DNA of 64,000 nt, taken from an uncultured Acidobacteriota bacterium (GTDB lineage: Bacteria > Acidobacteriota > Terriglobia > Acidiferrales > UBA7541). Each line of letters starts with the position of its first letter. Position 1 is the stretch's first letter. Under the pieces are notes generated by a model. It was not told the DNA's origin and searched no databases. It was given only the letters and a program-made list of their open reading frames with translations. The stretch is from assembly GCA_963698145.1 (NCBI GenBank), contig CAVOPQ010000001.1:283385-347384 (forward strand), in the 5' to 3' direction. Shown piece by piece: positions 24,495 through 36,690 of this stretch. A program made the translations under genes and the position numbers.

Positions 24495-24523
24495 TTGACG
24501 GTTTGGAACGCGTGGCATACCGT
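24495..24523 (+). promoter_or_regulatory. Putative sigma70 promoter
   Basis: TTGACG-17bp-TACCGT. Confidence 0.45.
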
Positions 24524-24619
24524 TGCGCTCAATCGGCGGTCTGCGATTCGGAAATTTCCTCGGAAACCTGGTTGGGCGGACCCCGTCAAACGCGAACATT
24601 TTGAAATACTGGAGTCTCC

Positions 24620-25051
24620 ATGGAACGTCCCACGGGCGTTACGATCCTTGCGGTACTCTACTTCATCGGCGCCGCCTTTCTTGGTCTTTGTGGAATTCTT
24701 TTCATTGTCGGCGGATCCATGCTTTCAGGGCTGGCCCAGAGCGGCGGACCGGGATCGGCGCTCTTCGCGATGGGGGGAGCCGTGGTCGGTGGCATCTTTC
24801 TGGTCCTCGCGGTTCTGGATCTGGCCATCGGAATTGGATTCATCAAGCTGCAGAACTGGGCTCGCATCCTTGCAATCATCCTGATTGCGATCGGAGTGCT
24901 CTTCGGATTGCTCGGTTTGGTGAGCTTGCTCGCGCATCCCGCGGTGGGTGTGCTGGTGTTCCGGCTTGTTTTTCTGGCGATCGAGATCTGGATCCTGGTC
25001 TATTTGTTCAAACCGCACGTTAAGCAGGCTTTTGGCGCGACGGGCTTTTGA
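24620..25051 (+). CDS. Four-TM hypothetical membrane protein
   Basis: RPTGVTILAVL start, four hydrophobic segments, GGAG RBS. Confidence 0.75.
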   Translation: MERPTGVTILAVLYFIGAAFLGLCGILFIVGGSMLSGLAQSGGPGSALFAMGGAVVGGIFLVLAVLDLAIGIGFIKLQNWARILAIILIAIGVLFGLLGLVSLLAHPAVGVLVFRLVFLAIEIWILVYLFKPHVKQAFGATGF

Positions 25052-25182
25052 AGCTGACAACATAAACTGCGTGCGGGGCAGCGGCACAACGCTGCTGCCC
25101 TGCGTCATCTTGACCTTTCTTTTCGCACCCTCCAAACTCTAGACCTTTCCCTGTGGCGCTGACTCTTGTGGGAAAGGGACTT

Positions 25183-25719
25183 ATGCCGGAAGAAAAGGGA
25201 CTGCTGATCGTTTACACCGGGCCGGGCAAGGGGAAGACGACTTGCGCGCTGGGCACGGCGTTCCGCGCCGTAGGGCAGGGGCTGCGCGTCCTGATGGTGC
25301 AGTTCATCAAGGGGTCATGGCATTACGGCGAACTGGACGCCGCCAAAATGCTGGGGGACGATAAATTTGAAATTCGGCCGATGGGCCGCGGATTCGTGAA
25401 AATTGGCGGTGCCGAAACCGATCCTGAAGACATCAAACTGGCGCGGGAATGCTGGGAAGCGGGGCGCGACGCGATTTACGGAGGGAAGTACGACCTCGTC
25501 GTGCTGGACGAAATCAATTACACGATCAGCTACAAGATGCTGGACGCCGGTGAAGTCGTGGAGGCGCTGAAAAAGCGGCCCGAACGCGTCCACGTAATTT
25601 GCACGGGCCGCAACGCGCATCCGCAGCTGGTCGAGCTGGCGGACCTCGTCACGGAGATGCGCGAGGTGAAACACCCGTACACCAAGGGTATACTGGCTCA
25701 GCGGGGAATCGACTACTAG
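25183..25719 (+). CDS. cobO: Cob(I)yrinic acid a,c-diamide adenosyltransferase (CobO/BtuR)
   Basis: YTGPGKGKTT, QFIKG, VLDEI, TGR, ADLVTEM, KHPY. Confidence 0.93.
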   Translation: MPEEKGLLIVYTGPGKGKTTCALGTAFRAVGQGLRVLMVQFIKGSWHYGELDAAKMLGDDKFEIRPMGRGFVKIGGAETDPEDIKLARECWEAGRDAIYGGKYDLVVLDEINYTISYKMLDAGEVVEALKKRPERVHVICTGRNAHPQLVELADLVTEMREVKHPYTKGILAQRGIDY

Positions 25720-25809
25720 TCGCAACGCGGAGGGGTGACTCCGCGGCTGTGCTTGCTGGCTGTACTAACGAACGATTGTAAACTGCGGTATCGAGTCTTA
25801 CCCAGACCT

Positions 25810-26658
25810 ATGGCTTGGTTCAAGCGGGACAAAAAATCGATCGACGCAGCCACGCCTCCTGAAGAGCGCCGCGTGCGCACGGAGGGGCTGTGGGTCAAGT
25901 GTGAGTCCTGCAAAACCATCGTTTTTCGCAAGGACCTCGAAGCCAACCTATTCGTCTGTCCGAAGTGTCAATTCCATTTCAAGATGAGCGCGAAGCATCG
26001 GCTGGAAATGCTGTTGGACTCGCGCTGGACCGAGCACGACGCGGGGATGACCTCCACGGACCCGCTCAAGTTCGTCGACACCAAGCCTTATGCCGCGCGA
26101 CTCAAGGAAGCCCGCAAGAAGCTGGGAATGAATGATGCCGTCATCACGGTGGAAGGTAGACTCAACGGCCGCGGGATTGTGTGCTGCGCCATGGAGTTTG
26201 GTTTTATCGGAGGCTCGATGGGCGCAGTGGTCGGAGAAAAGGTCACGCGCGCGATCGAGCTGGCTATCGATTCGCGCCAGCCGCTGGTTGTAGTCTCCTG
26301 CTCTGGCGGTGCGCGCATGATGGAAGGCACGATCAGCCTGATGCAGCTCGCGAAAGTCTCGGCGGCGCTGGCCAAGCTCGATGACGCCAAAGTGCCTTAC
26401 ATTTCGCTGCTTACCGATCCCACTACTGGCGGCGTGACAGCCAGCTTCGCCATGCTGGGAGACATCAATATCGCCGAACCGGGAGCGCTGATCGGGTTTG
26501 CGGGCCCTCGCGTCATCGAACAGACCATCCGCCAAAAACTTCCCGAGGGCTTCCAGCGCTCGGAATTTCTGTTGGAGCACGGCTTTCTCGACGCAGTCGT
26601 GCACCGAAAAGATTTGAAAGCGTTCATCGCTAACTCCTTCGATCTGCTTCTGAGCTGA
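25810..26658 (+). CDS. accD: Acetyl-CoA carboxylase carboxyltransferase beta subunit
   Basis: CxxC...CxxC, GGSMG, SGGARM, PTTGGVTASFA, GFAGPRVIEQT. Confidence 0.96.
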   Translation: MAWFKRDKKSIDAATPPEERRVRTEGLWVKCESCKTIVFRKDLEANLFVCPKCQFHFKMSAKHRLEMLLDSRWTEHDAGMTSTDPLKFVDTKPYAARLKEARKKLGMNDAVITVEGRLNGRGIVCCAMEFGFIGGSMGAVVGEKVTRAIELAIDSRQPLVVVSCSGGARMMEGTISLMQLAKVSAALAKLDDAKVPYISLLTDPTTGGVTASFAMLGDINIAEPGALIGFAGPRVIEQTIRQKLPEGFQRSEFLLEHGFLDAVVHRKDLKAFIANSFDLLLS

Positions 26659-26659
26659 A

Positions 26660-28004
26660 ATGAATTACGAGGCTGCGATCCGTTATTTGCTATCGCTGGG
26701 CAGGGAACTGGCGGCCCCGACGCAGGCAGCCGCGGCGAAATTCGACCTCGAAAATATTTTGATTCTTGCAGAGCGGCTTGGCCGGCCTGACCGCGCTTAT
26801 CCCGTCCGCGCACATCGCGGGAACCAATGGCAAGGGTTCGACCGCGGCTTTTCTCGAATCGATTCTGCGCCGCGCTGGTTTTCGGACCGGGCTCAACACG
26901 TCCCCGCATCTCGAAAAAATCAACGAACGCATTCGAGTGAACGGCGAAGAGATCGGCGAGGATGAGTTCGCCGCAACGTTTACGCGGATTCAGGCTTTGA
27001 ACGAAGAGCTGCTCGCCGCGGGCAAACTTCGCGCCCATCCAACTTATTTCGAGTGCGTCACCGCGATGGCCTTCGAATACTTTGCGCGCGAACGGGTTGA
27101 CTTCGGTGTTTTCGAGGTGGGGCTGGGCGGCCGACTGGACGCCACAAATATTCTGACTCCAGTGGTCTCCATCATCACGCGTGTCGACTTCGACCACGAA
27201 AATTTTCTTGGACATTCTCTCGCGGAAATCGCCGCCGAAAAGGCGGGCATCCTCAAGCGCGGTGTTCCAGTCATCCTGGCGGATCAGCATCCAGAAGCTC
27301 TTGAAATCATTCGCGCGCGCGCAAGCGAACTCGGCTGCCCGGTCACTGAAACGGGAACCGCGTTCCGCATCGAAAGGGAATGGATAGAAAACGGCTGCAG
27401 CCGCGCCTGCGTTACCGAAAATGCATCCGGTTGGTCTATGGAGCTCACTCCGAGGCTACCAGGCAAATTCCAGATACAAAACAGCCTCAACGCCGTCGCC
27501 GCTGCGCGCTACCTTCACAAGCGCGGGTATCACATTTCTGACGAGGCGATTGCCCAAGGAATTGCTGACGCTGCGTGGCCGGGCCGGCTCGAGAAAATTC
27601 AGACGAATCCAGACGTGTACCTTGATGGCGCGCACAATCCCTCGGCTGCGAGAGAACTCGCCGCTTTCTTGGAACAGAAGCTTGCGGAGCGAAAAATCTG
27701 GCTGGTCTTCGGTGCACTGCGCGACAAGGCCGTTGACGAAATTGCGGGGATTCTCTTTCCGCGTGCCGCCGAAGTGATTTTCACGCAGCCGCGCACCCCA
27801 CGCGCCGTTTCCGTCGTTCAGCTTGCCGAAATCACGTCGCATCATGCTGCGCATTTTGCGATCATTCCCGAACCGGAATCCGCGCTCGAATACGCGCTGG
27901 ACCGGGCCAGCGCGCACGACACTATCATCGTCGCAGGCTCGCTCTACCTGGTCGGCCAGGTGCGCCACTACTGGAAAAATCGCGTGCAGGTCGCCGCCCA
28001 TTGA
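26660..28004 (+). CDS. folC: Folylpolyglutamate synthase / dihydrofolate synthase, frameshift near 26800
   Basis: HIAGTNGKGST, SPHL, EVGLGGRLDATN, WPGRLE, DGAHN, GSLYLVG. Confidence 0.95.
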
Positions 28005-28096
28005 AAAACTTTCTAGAATATGCGGCTCGGGTTCCGGTAAAGTGCTGGAGCGCTGGCGCTTAGGGCGGCGTTTGTTCGTCGGCTCAATGGATAGCG

Positions 28097-28690
28097 ATGG
28101 AGAAGAAGAGTTCGAAGACACAAAAGCAGGCGAAAGAACGAAGGCACGCAGAAGCGCATTCGCTCGTGGGCATTATCATGGGCTCGTCTTCCGACTGGGA
28201 GACGTTGGAACACGCCGTCAACACCCTGAAAGAGTTAGGCGTGCCTCACGAAACGCGCGTCGTTTCCGCTCACCGCACTCCGGATCTTCTTTTTGAATAT
28301 GCATCAAGCGCGGAAAAGCGGGGCATCGAAGTGATTATCGCCGGAGCAGGCGGCGCCGCTCATTTGCCTGGAATGACAGCTTCGAAAACCGTGCTGCCTG
28401 TCCTCGGCGTTCCCGTGGAATCGAAAGCGCTCAAGGGTCTCGATTCGCTGCTCTCTATCGCGCAAATGCCCGGGGGCATTCCTGTTGGCACGTTGGCGAT
28501 TGGCAAGGCCGGGGCGATTAATGCCGCGCTGCTCGCCGCCGCCATCCTTGGGGGCAAGTACCCGAAGATTCGTGAAGCGTTGCGCAAATTCCGTGCCGCG
28601 CAAACCGGGCGCGTTCTGGCAAATCCTGATCCGTCGGCCACGGCTCTTCCTCAGAAAAAGGGGCCCCGGAAAAAAGGAAAGCGCGCGTGA
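28097..28690 (+). CDS. purE: N5-CAIR mutase
   Basis: [27 protein letters not shown]. Confidence 0.97.
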   Translation: MEKKSSKTQKQAKERRHAEAHSLVGIIMGSSSDWETLEHAVNTLKELGVPHETRVVSAHRTPDLLFEYASSAEKRGIEVIIAGAGGAAHLPGMTASKTVLPVLGVPVESKALKGLDSLLSIAQMPGGIPVGTLAIGKAGAINAALLAAAILGGKYPKIREALRKFRAAQTGRVLANPDPSATALPQKKGPRKKGKRA

Positions 28691-29829
28691 GCATAGGGAT
28701 TCTCGGCGGCGGTCAATTGGGTTATATGCTCGCCCTCGCAGGATATCCGCTTGGGCTGCGATTCCGCTTCCTGGATCCATCTCCGGAAGCCCCTGTGGGG
28801 CGGATCGCCCCCAGGGTCACCGGAGACTTTTCCGATCGCGCCGTGCTGGAGAGGTTTGCTCACGGACTCGAAGTCGTCACATACGAATTCGAGAATGTTC
28901 CGGTGGATGCAGTCCATTTTCTTGCCAAGAAAGTTAGCGTTTTTCCGCCGCCTGGCGCATTGGAAGCTGCCCAGGATCGTCTTCGTGAAAAGCAATTATT
29001 TGAGAAACTGGGAATTTCCACGACGGAATTTGCCTCCGTCCCCGCGGCCTCGGACCTCGATCTGGCACTGAAAAAGGTCGGGCTGCCAGCCGTGCTAAAG
29101 ACTCGCCGCATGGGATATGACGGGAAGGGCCAATGGATCCTGAAAACACAGGAAGACGCCAAGAAGGCCAGGGAGGGATTGCCAAGACTGCCCTTCATCG
29201 CGGAGCGTTTTGTCCCGTTTACGAGAGAACTCTCCGTAATCGCCGTGCGAGGTAAGTCTGGCGAGACCGCGTTTTACCCGCTGGTGGAGAATCATCACCG
29301 CAACGGCATACTGCGCCTCTCATTAGCTCCCGCCCAAAACGTCAGCCCCCAAGTTCAACAAGCTGCCGAGGAGGCCGCGCGACGGGTGCTTGAATCTCTG
29401 AGCTACGTGGGTGTTCTGGCCATCGAATTCTTTGAGTGCGCTGGCCAACTTCTCGCGAATGAGATGGCGCCTCGCGTCCATAATTCAGGACATTGGACCA
29501 TCGAGGGCGCAGTGACCAGCCAGTTCGAAAACCATCTCCGGGCCATTAATGGTTTTCCCCTAGGTTCAACGACGGCGATTGGTGCTTCGGCGATGATCAA
29601 TCTCATCGGGGAACTCCCCGAATCCAAGCAGGTCCTGTCCATTCCTTCCGCTCATCTTCATCTTTATGGCAAAGAGCCCCGACCTGGCCGCAAATTGGGT
29701 CACGTTACGCTCCGGGCGCCCGCGTTCGACCAGCTCACGGGCCGTTTTTCCAGCCTCCCGGCTTTTTTCCAACGGCCCGAGTTTTGCCTCGACGCACGCA
29801 ACAGGAACAACACCTCTCCCCAGGCTTGA
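28687..29829 (+). CDS. purK: N5-CAIR synthetase
   Basis: [37 protein letters not shown]. Confidence 0.96.
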   Translation: MSIGILGGGQLGYMLALAGYPLGLRFRFLDPSPEAPVGRIAPRVTGDFSDRAVLERFAHGLEVVTYEFENVPVDAVHFLAKKVSVFPPPGALEAAQDRLREKQLFEKLGISTTEFASVPAASDLDLALKKVGLPAVLKTRRMGYDGKGQWILKTQEDAKKAREGLPRLPFIAERFVPFTRELSVIAVRGKSGETAFYPLVENHHRNGILRLSLAPAQNVSPQVQQAAEEAARRVLESLSYVGVLAIEFFECAGQLLANEMAPRVHNSGHWTIEGAVTSQFENHLRAINGFPLGSTTAIGASAMINLIGELPESKQVLSIPSAHLHLYGKEPRPGRKLGHVTLRAPAFDQLTGRFSSLPAFFQRPEFCLDARNRNNTSPQA

Positions 29830-29900
29830 TGAGCTATGGAACTGGACGGGAAGCGGTTGAGTTGCCGCACTCCGCTGCGAATGCTACGATTTGGGATCCC

Positions 29901-30711
29901 ATGTGTCCCGAAACTCCCATCCGGCCCCGTGTGGGCATCCCCTGGCGAACGTCTGAGGAGGAAGTGCAGAACAATCGCCCCAAGATCACCAATTACGAGG
30001 ATGCCGTGCGAAAAGCAGGGGGCGAGCCGGTCCTAGTGTCCCTAAGCGATCGGGTTGAACAAAGGCGAGTCATTCCGACGCTAGATGCTTTCGTCCTGCC
30101 TGGAAGTCCCGCGGACGTCGATCCTTCCGAATATGGCGCTGTAAATAACGGCAAATCCGCGCCAGCCGATTTGCCCCGTGAGCAGGCTGACCGCGCCATC
30201 CTAGCGCACGCCTTTGCCGAGAAGAAACCAGTCTTGGCCATCTGCTATGGCTGTCAGCTCTTGAATGTCTATCTGGGAGGGACACTCATTCAAGATGTGC
30301 GCTCGGAGCTGGGTACGGCCACGCCGCACCGGAAAAAGGACCTATCGCCGGAGCCCAAGGACGATCCGATCCACGGAGCGAGGTTCGAACCGGAGAGCCG
30401 GCTGGCGGAGATAGCGTCCGGCGAGCGGGCAAAAATCAACAGTTCGCACCACCAGGCCATCGCCCAGCCCGGAAAGAAATCTGCGCGTAACTGCGCGCTC
30501 AACAGACGGCATCATCGAGGGAGTGGAATGGAGCGGCGATTCGAATTGGGTCGTCGGCGTTCAATGGCATCCGGAGCGCATGTTTGGAGATGCTTTCTCC
30601 GAACGGCTTTTCCGTGATTTCGTTGCCGCTGCTCGCGGCGCGGTCATCCAAAAAGTCTTAAGCTTCTGCTTTCCGATCTTCGGTTTTCAAACAGTTGGGG
30701 GGACTGGATGA
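29901..30711 (+). CDS. Peptidase C26 / PuuD-like glutamine amidotransferase, frameshifted; end approximate
   Basis: AICYGCQ, NSSHHQAI, GVQWHPE. Confidence 0.88.
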
Positions 30712-31472
30712 TTTCACTCGCAGGCAAAGCGGCACTCATCACTGGCGGTTCGCGTGGGATTGGCGCGGCGGCCGTCAAACTTTTTGCGCAGGCCGGCGCT
30801 GATGTGATCTTTAGCTACAACAAAGCCAAAGACGCCGCACTGCAAGTCGAGCAAGAGGCCAAAAAGCATGGCACACGAGTCGAAGCCTTTAAGGCCGATG
30901 TGAGCAAGCACCTGGATAACAAGAAACTAGTTGACCAGTGCATCGCGCGGCTCGGGCGCCTGGATATTGTGGTGGCCAACGCCGGAATCTGGAATGCCGA
31001 TGACTTACCCATCGAGAGCATGAGCGAAAAACAGTGGGATGACATGATGCGGGTAAATCTGAAGAGCGTTTACTCGATCATTCACTTCAGCGTGCCGCAG
31101 ATGATCAAGCAGAAGTCCGGGAAGATTATTCCCATTACTTCAACAGCGGGGCAGCGTGGCGAGTCGTTCCACACGCACTACGGCGCAAGCAAAGGCGGTG
31201 TCATCAGCCTCGTCAAGGGCCTCTCGACTGAGCTCGCGCGGCACAATATTCTCGTGAATTCCGTCGCTCCCGGATGGGTGGCCACGGACATGTCCAATCC
31301 CGTGATTCAAACGAAAGCAGGAGCCAAGGCGGTGGCGGCGGCAATTCCGCTGGGCCGTGCCGCGACCGCCGACGAAATCGCCGGTCCAATTCTCTTCCTG
31401 GCGTCGGAGTTGGCCAACTTCCTGACGGGAGAGATCATCAATGTAAATGGAGGATCTGTCTTGTGCGGTTGA
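30708..31472 (+). CDS. SDR family oxidoreductase
   Basis: TGGSRGIG, NAG, YGASK, VAPG. Confidence 0.93.
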   Translation: MISLAGKAALITGGSRGIGAAAVKLFAQAGADVIFSYNKAKDAALQVEQEAKKHGTRVEAFKADVSKHLDNKKLVDQCIARLGRLDIVVANAGIWNADDLPIESMSEKQWDDMMRVNLKSVYSIIHFSVPQMIKQKSGKIIPITSTAGQRGESFHTHYGASKGGVISLVKGLSTELARHNILVNSVAPGWVATDMSNPVIQTKAGAKAVAAAIPLGRAATADEIAGPILFLASELANFLTGEIINVNGGSVLCG

Positions 31473-32365
31473 AGCTCGTTCGGTTCGCGCTCGCTGGTTT
31501 GCTCGTTTGCGGGATACTTGCTGTGCAAGCACCCGCGCAGAATCCGGACACCATGATGCCGGAGCAGAGCGCCGCCAAGGCCAAACAGATTCTCAGCGAT
31601 CTTATCAATGCTCGCGGCGGCGCTGGCTACAAGGAAGCCGTCGAAGGCGAGTGCCACGGTACCCGCGCGCAATTCGGCCATAATGGAGACGTCACCGGCT
31701 ACGTTGGGTTCACTGAATATCGCCGCTACCCGGACAAGGCCCGCCTGGAATACGCCGCCAAGAGTCACAATCTGAAAAGCATCATCAATACCGTGATCGG
31801 AGTCGATGGGTTGGACTGGTCTCATGGCGGCGTGATCATCGCACTTTATAACGGCGATCGCGGCTGGACACTGGACCGCGGCGGCGTCACCGAACTGCCG
31901 GTCACCGCTGTCGCCGAATTTCAGGAACAGGTCAAGAGAAACATTGACAATGTGCTGAGAGTTCGCCTGAAAGAACCCGGCTGGAACTACCGCTACGGGG
32001 GCAGCGACACGGTCGATTTGAAGGTAGTGGACTGGGTGGAGCTGACTGACAGTGAGGAGCGGACGTTTCGCCTGGCCGTGGATCATTCCACTCGCCTTCT
32101 GGTGAGAAGCGTGGTTACCACCAACAATGAAGAGACGCATGAACGCGACGATGACGTCAGCATTTATACGAACTACCAGCTGAAGGACACCGTGTGGACT
32201 CCGATGCAAATCACCAGGGATCACAACGGGCGGCGCGCTGCGCAGTTCTTTTACGATTCCTGCGGCTTTAATCCCCATTTCCCTGGCGATTTCTTCGACA
32301 AGTCCTCTCTCGCAAAAAAGACCGCTGAGGCGGACGCCAAGAAGAATAAGAACGACAAGAATTAG
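31469..32365 (+). CDS. Secreted hypothetical protein, possibly LolA-like fold
   Basis: Signal peptide followed by a beta-rich domain; coupled to the SDR gene. Confidence 0.6.
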   Translation: MKLVRFALAGLLVCGILAVQAPAQNPDTMMPEQSAAKAKQILSDLINARGGAGYKEAVEGECHGTRAQFGHNGDVTGYVGFTEYRRYPDKARLEYAAKSHNLKSIINTVIGVDGLDWSHGGVIIALYNGDRGWTLDRGGVTELPVTAVAEFQEQVKRNIDNVLRVRLKEPGWNYRYGGSDTVDLKVVDWVELTDSEERTFRLAVDHSTRLLVRSVVTTNNEETHERDDDVSIYTNYQLKDTVWTPMQITRDHNGRRAAQFFYDSCGFNPHFPGDFFDKSSLAKKTAEADAKKNKNDKN

Positions 32366-32422
32366 TGCTGCCAAACGCGGGCATGTTTGCTCGCTGCGCT
32401 TTTGTTAGACTTGCAGCGCTTC

Positions 32423-34376
32423 ATGAACCTCACTCTCCGTCAGCAACACGCGCTGCAAGCCATCTGCGATACGTTCGCGCCTGCATCGGACAATTGGCCC
32501 TCCGCCTCCGAAATGGGCATCCCCGGATCGATTGCAAAGGCTCTTGATTTCAATCCTCGGCCTGGTGAGCGGGCGCAATTCCTGCAACTCCTCGATGTTT
32601 GGGACAGGCATTTGCACAGCTTGCTGACCGTGGGCCGGTGGGCTCCGTTTTCCTCGCTTCCGCTGGAAGAACGGATCCGCGTTTTGCTTTCCTGGGCAGA
32701 CAGCGGACTAAGCCGGCGGCGTGGCGCGTTTCAGGCATTTCGGAAAGCAATTGGTTTTCTATACGTCATGCTGCCGGGCGTTGATGGCGGGTCCAGTCCG
32801 GTCTGGAAAAAATTGGGCTATCCCGGGCCGCTCGGTCCGCAACAACCCCGTTTGCGTCCCCTCAGGACGCTTACTCCCGAAGTGGATACGGATTTGTCTT
32901 GCGACGTTTGCATCATCGGTTCCGGCGCCGGCGGGAGCGTAGCGGCCGCTGTGCTGGCTGGAGCGGGCAAGGACGTTGTCGTGCTTGAGGCCGGGAGCTA
33001 TTACGACGATTCTGATTTCGATGGCGCGGAGCTTGCAGGCTTTCAACGGCTGTATCTGGAAGGCGGATTTGCGGCGACCGCGGATCAAAGCGTGGGGCTG
33101 CTTGCTGGAGAATGCCTCGGCGGGGGCACCGTCATCAACTACTGCACTTCGTTTCGAACGCCGGAGGATGTCCGCGCCGAATGGGCCGGCAGCCGGCGTG
33201 CCGTGGTTTACAAGCGATGAATATACGCGCAGTCTGGATGCGGTTTGCGCGCGCCTTTCGGTGAATTTGGACCACAATCGCATTTCCGCGCGCGAACAAG
33301 TTCTGCAGCGCGGTTTGAACGCGTTGGGCTGGCATGTGGCGGCCATGCCGCGAAACGTCGTGGGTTGCGACCAAGGCAAAGTTTGTGGCTACTGTGGCTA
33401 CGGCTGCTCGCTTGGCGCGAAGCAATCCAGCACGAAGACTTGGCTCGCCGACGCGCAAGCGGCGGGAGCTCGATTGGTTACGGAAGTACGCGCGAATCGG
33501 GTTCGAATTGAAGGCGGCGTTGCCACGGGAGTAGAGGCTCGCTCGCGGAAAGGTTGTCGCGTCAGCATTCGATGTAAAGCCGTCGTCGCTGCCTGCGGAG
33601 CCATCCACACGCCTGCATTGCTGCTGCGTTCCGGCTTGCGCAACGAAAACATCGGGCGCCATCTTCATCTGCATCCCGTTTCAAATGTTTGCGGAGTTTT
33701 TGAAGAAGAGATTCGGCCTTGGGAAGGCACGATGCAGGCGATTTATTCTGATGAGCACCGCTTTCTCACGGGAAACTACGGAGTGAAATATGAAACCACG
33801 GCGTTGCAGCCCGTCATCGCCGTGGCCGTTTTGCCCTGGCGTGAACCGCAACACTATCGTTCCTTGCTTGGAAAATTATCCAATACGACGGCCATCGGAG
33901 TTTTGCTGCGTGATCGCGATGGCGGGCGAGTCAGGCTCGATCGCGAAGGCAATCCCGTCACGCATTATGCGTTGTCGGAATTCGATCGCGCACACTTGCG
34001 TCGCGGCTTCATCGGCGCCGCTCGCATTCTGGAGGCAGCCGGTGCGCGCCTCATTTTTTCTCCGCATGCAAGATGGTGCGCGTATGAGCCTGGCCGCGAC
34101 GGTTCGCTGGATTCCTTCACGCAAGCGATGGACGCCGCGGGCTGGAACTCTGGTCGACTCGCGCTCTTTTCCTTTCACATCATGGGCAGCGCTCGGCTTG
34201 GCGGATCACCGAAAAACTCGGCCACCAATCCCGACGGGGAAACCTGGGAGGCTCGGAATTTTTTCGTAATGGACGGATCGTCGTTCCCGAGCGCATCCGG
34301 AGTTAATCCCATGATTTCGATCGAAGCGATTGCGCACCGAAATGCCCGGGCGCTGGCGGGGCTTGCCCGAATATAA
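32423..34376 (+). CDS. GMC oxidoreductase, long-chain fatty alcohol oxidase-like, frameshift near 33190
   Basis: IGSGAGG, LGGGTVIN, CGYCGYGC, LHLHP, FHIMGS, SGVNPM. Confidence 0.9.
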
Positions 34377-34646
34377 GTGCCTTGTTTATAGTTAGATGGC
34401 GGATAGTTTCGGGAAAACTAAAGTTTCTAGGTCTCGAATCTTGTTTGCGGCGACCAAGAATTTCGCGCTCAGCGTCCTCCGGAGGTTTTGGACGCTCGAA
34501 CGGTACTGCCGTTGACTAGTGCTATGGTTGTAAAGATTTAGGTACCCCTTAGCTATGGGATTTTCCTGATAAAATGTAATAATCTAGGTAAGTTAGGCAC
34601 GCTGGGAGAGTGTCTCCAGAGCGCTCCTGATGGGTGTCGTTCCAGA

Positions 34647-35265
34647 ATGAAACTGAGTGCCAACTTCGTGTCCCCACGTCGAAGCCCACGAAATGGCTTT
34701 AGCTTAGTGGAGCTTGTGCTCTCCTTGGCGGTGCTCCTGGTAATAACAAGTATCGCTATTCCTGTAATTGTGCGCTCCTTGCAGTCTTACCAGCTCAATT
34801 CCAGTGCTTCTCAATTGGCGGGAATGCTCAAGTTCACAAAATTCGATGCGATTCGGCAAAACACAACAGTGAGCTGCCAAGATCGCATGAGCAGGGCGGA
34901 AACTGGCTAATGTGGGTCAGATTCGAACGGCGAAACCTCGTGCCGAACGGAGCCGAGCCGCAGATGGTCATCGGCGGCAGTATAACGCTCCTCCCGCGGC
35001 ACCCGTGCCCGATCCAACTCCCATAATGGCCACTCTGGGTCGGCGGTTCCGGTTTACCCTGGATGGTGCTCTCCGGCGCCAACGGAAGCATGACATATGA
35101 TCAGCGCGGGGTTGTGACAACCTGGGGCGGCAACCTCTATGTCCTCTATATTGGCAGTTCCAGCGAACCCGAGTATCTGGCTACCGAGCGATCATTACGC
35201 TGCCTTCCGGCGCCGTGCAGGTGTGGGCCTCATCAAGCAGCGGGAATTGGTGGCGAGTCAGTTGA
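34647..35265 (+). CDS. Minor pilin, FimT/FimU-like, frameshifted
   Basis: Class III signal RNG|FSLVELVLSLAVLL. Confidence 0.75.
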
Positions 35266-35282
35266 TTTTGCACTAAGGGAGA

Positions 35283-35841
35283 GTGATGACGAATCGGCCT
35301 GATACCAAAAGGGGCGCCGAGAGACGGAACCGCCAGAGCGGATTCACTCTGATGGAAGTCCTTATGGCGATTGGTCATTCTGCTTGTAGGAATTGTCGCC
35401 GTCGCGCAATTGGTGCCCGCTTCGATCAGCTCGAATTCGACGAATCGCAACGACTCTACATCCCTGGTGTTTGCTCAGCGGGAGATGGATCAATTCCTAA
35501 GCCAACCGCTCAACATGTCCATCAGTCCGCCCTCATTCATCGACGTGCTGGGTAATAGCTGCAATCTGGGGGACCCAACTCAGAACAACGTGGTCGTTGG
35601 CAGTCCAGTTGTTGTGTTCTACAGCCAGCTTGTCATCGATTTTAGCGTTCGCCAGTGGCCGGGCTACAGCTTCAGTTATCAAGATCCGAACGACCCTGCC
35701 GGAGTGGTTTATGACGTCCGCTGGGCGGTGATCACAACGACAAACAACGGCATGGTTTCTTCCAAGCGATTCATCCTGGGAGCGAGGAGACAAAGCGGAA
35801 ACGGAATTTACAGGCCGATGACGCTCGATACGATAGTCTGA
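35283..35841 (+). CDS. Minor pilin, PilV-like, frameshifted
   Basis: QSG|FTLMEVLMA, continuing VILLVGIVAVAQL. Confidence 0.75.
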
Positions 35842-35844
35842 GAA

Positions 35845-36662
35845 ATGAAACGCGCTAGCACATCCAAAACCAGCGAGGCTTTTCGCTTATGGAAATGATG
35901 ATCGCCACGGTGATCTTCATTTTGCTTTGCGGCGCCGCGTTCGCGCTTCTCTCTGTTGCGCAACAGCGGTATCAGACGGAATCGCAGGTCTTGAATTCTT
36001 TTCAAGAAGCCCGTTTCGGCTTGGACGAAATCATTCGAGACGTAAATGGCTCGGGCTATCCCCCACAAAACTCATTTTCGTTTACTCCCGGTGCTCCGCC
36101 CGCAAACCACTATGCCATTACCCCAGTCGCTTGGGCGCCCGGCTATCTAGTAACACACCCTGCCTGATCGGCACGGGCGGACGGGCGTGATCTGCACCAC
36201 ACCAGGAGATTTTGATTTGATCATCGAAAGAGACGTTGACCCCTGGCGCCACGATGGCGTCGAATGGACTCGCTATCAGCTTCAGGGCAACATTCTGTCC
36301 CGAGCCCAAACTTACAAAGTGTCTGGAGCAGACCCCGACGCGACTACCTCGCCTGCATTTGTTCCTTACGTCCAAAATGTAATGAACAATGCTTCGCCCA
36401 CGCAAATTGCGCAGTTCAAGGCGGTCTATCCGCAGATGTTTCCGGGAGGAAACCCGGTGCCTATCTTCACTTACATTTGCCCGAATGCGACTCGCCCACT
36501 GCACGATAGCTTTCCCTGGCAGGGTCCTACAATTCTCCCGTAAACATCACGGACGTGGAAATCACGCTGATCGTCATGGCCCCCACACAGGACGCGCAAA
36601 GCGGCTTGCCGAGGCTCATCGAATTGCATGGACGGGGCCACAGCCTCAATCCGATTCAGTGA
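35845..36662 (+). CDS. Minor pilin, PilW-like, frameshifted
   Basis: QRG|FSLMEMMIATVIF, QEARFGLDEIIRDV. Confidence 0.75.
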
Positions 36663-36690
36663 AGGCCGATTCAGGAGGCAAGAGATTGGG

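Noticed and set aside
25052-25182. Cobalamin riboswitch upstream of cobO
   Set aside because: Leader is short and has no recognisable B12 box; only a simple hairpin
34501-34520. Sigma54 promoter for the pilin cluster
   Set aside because: CGGTAC-N5-TTGAC lacks the invariant -12 GC
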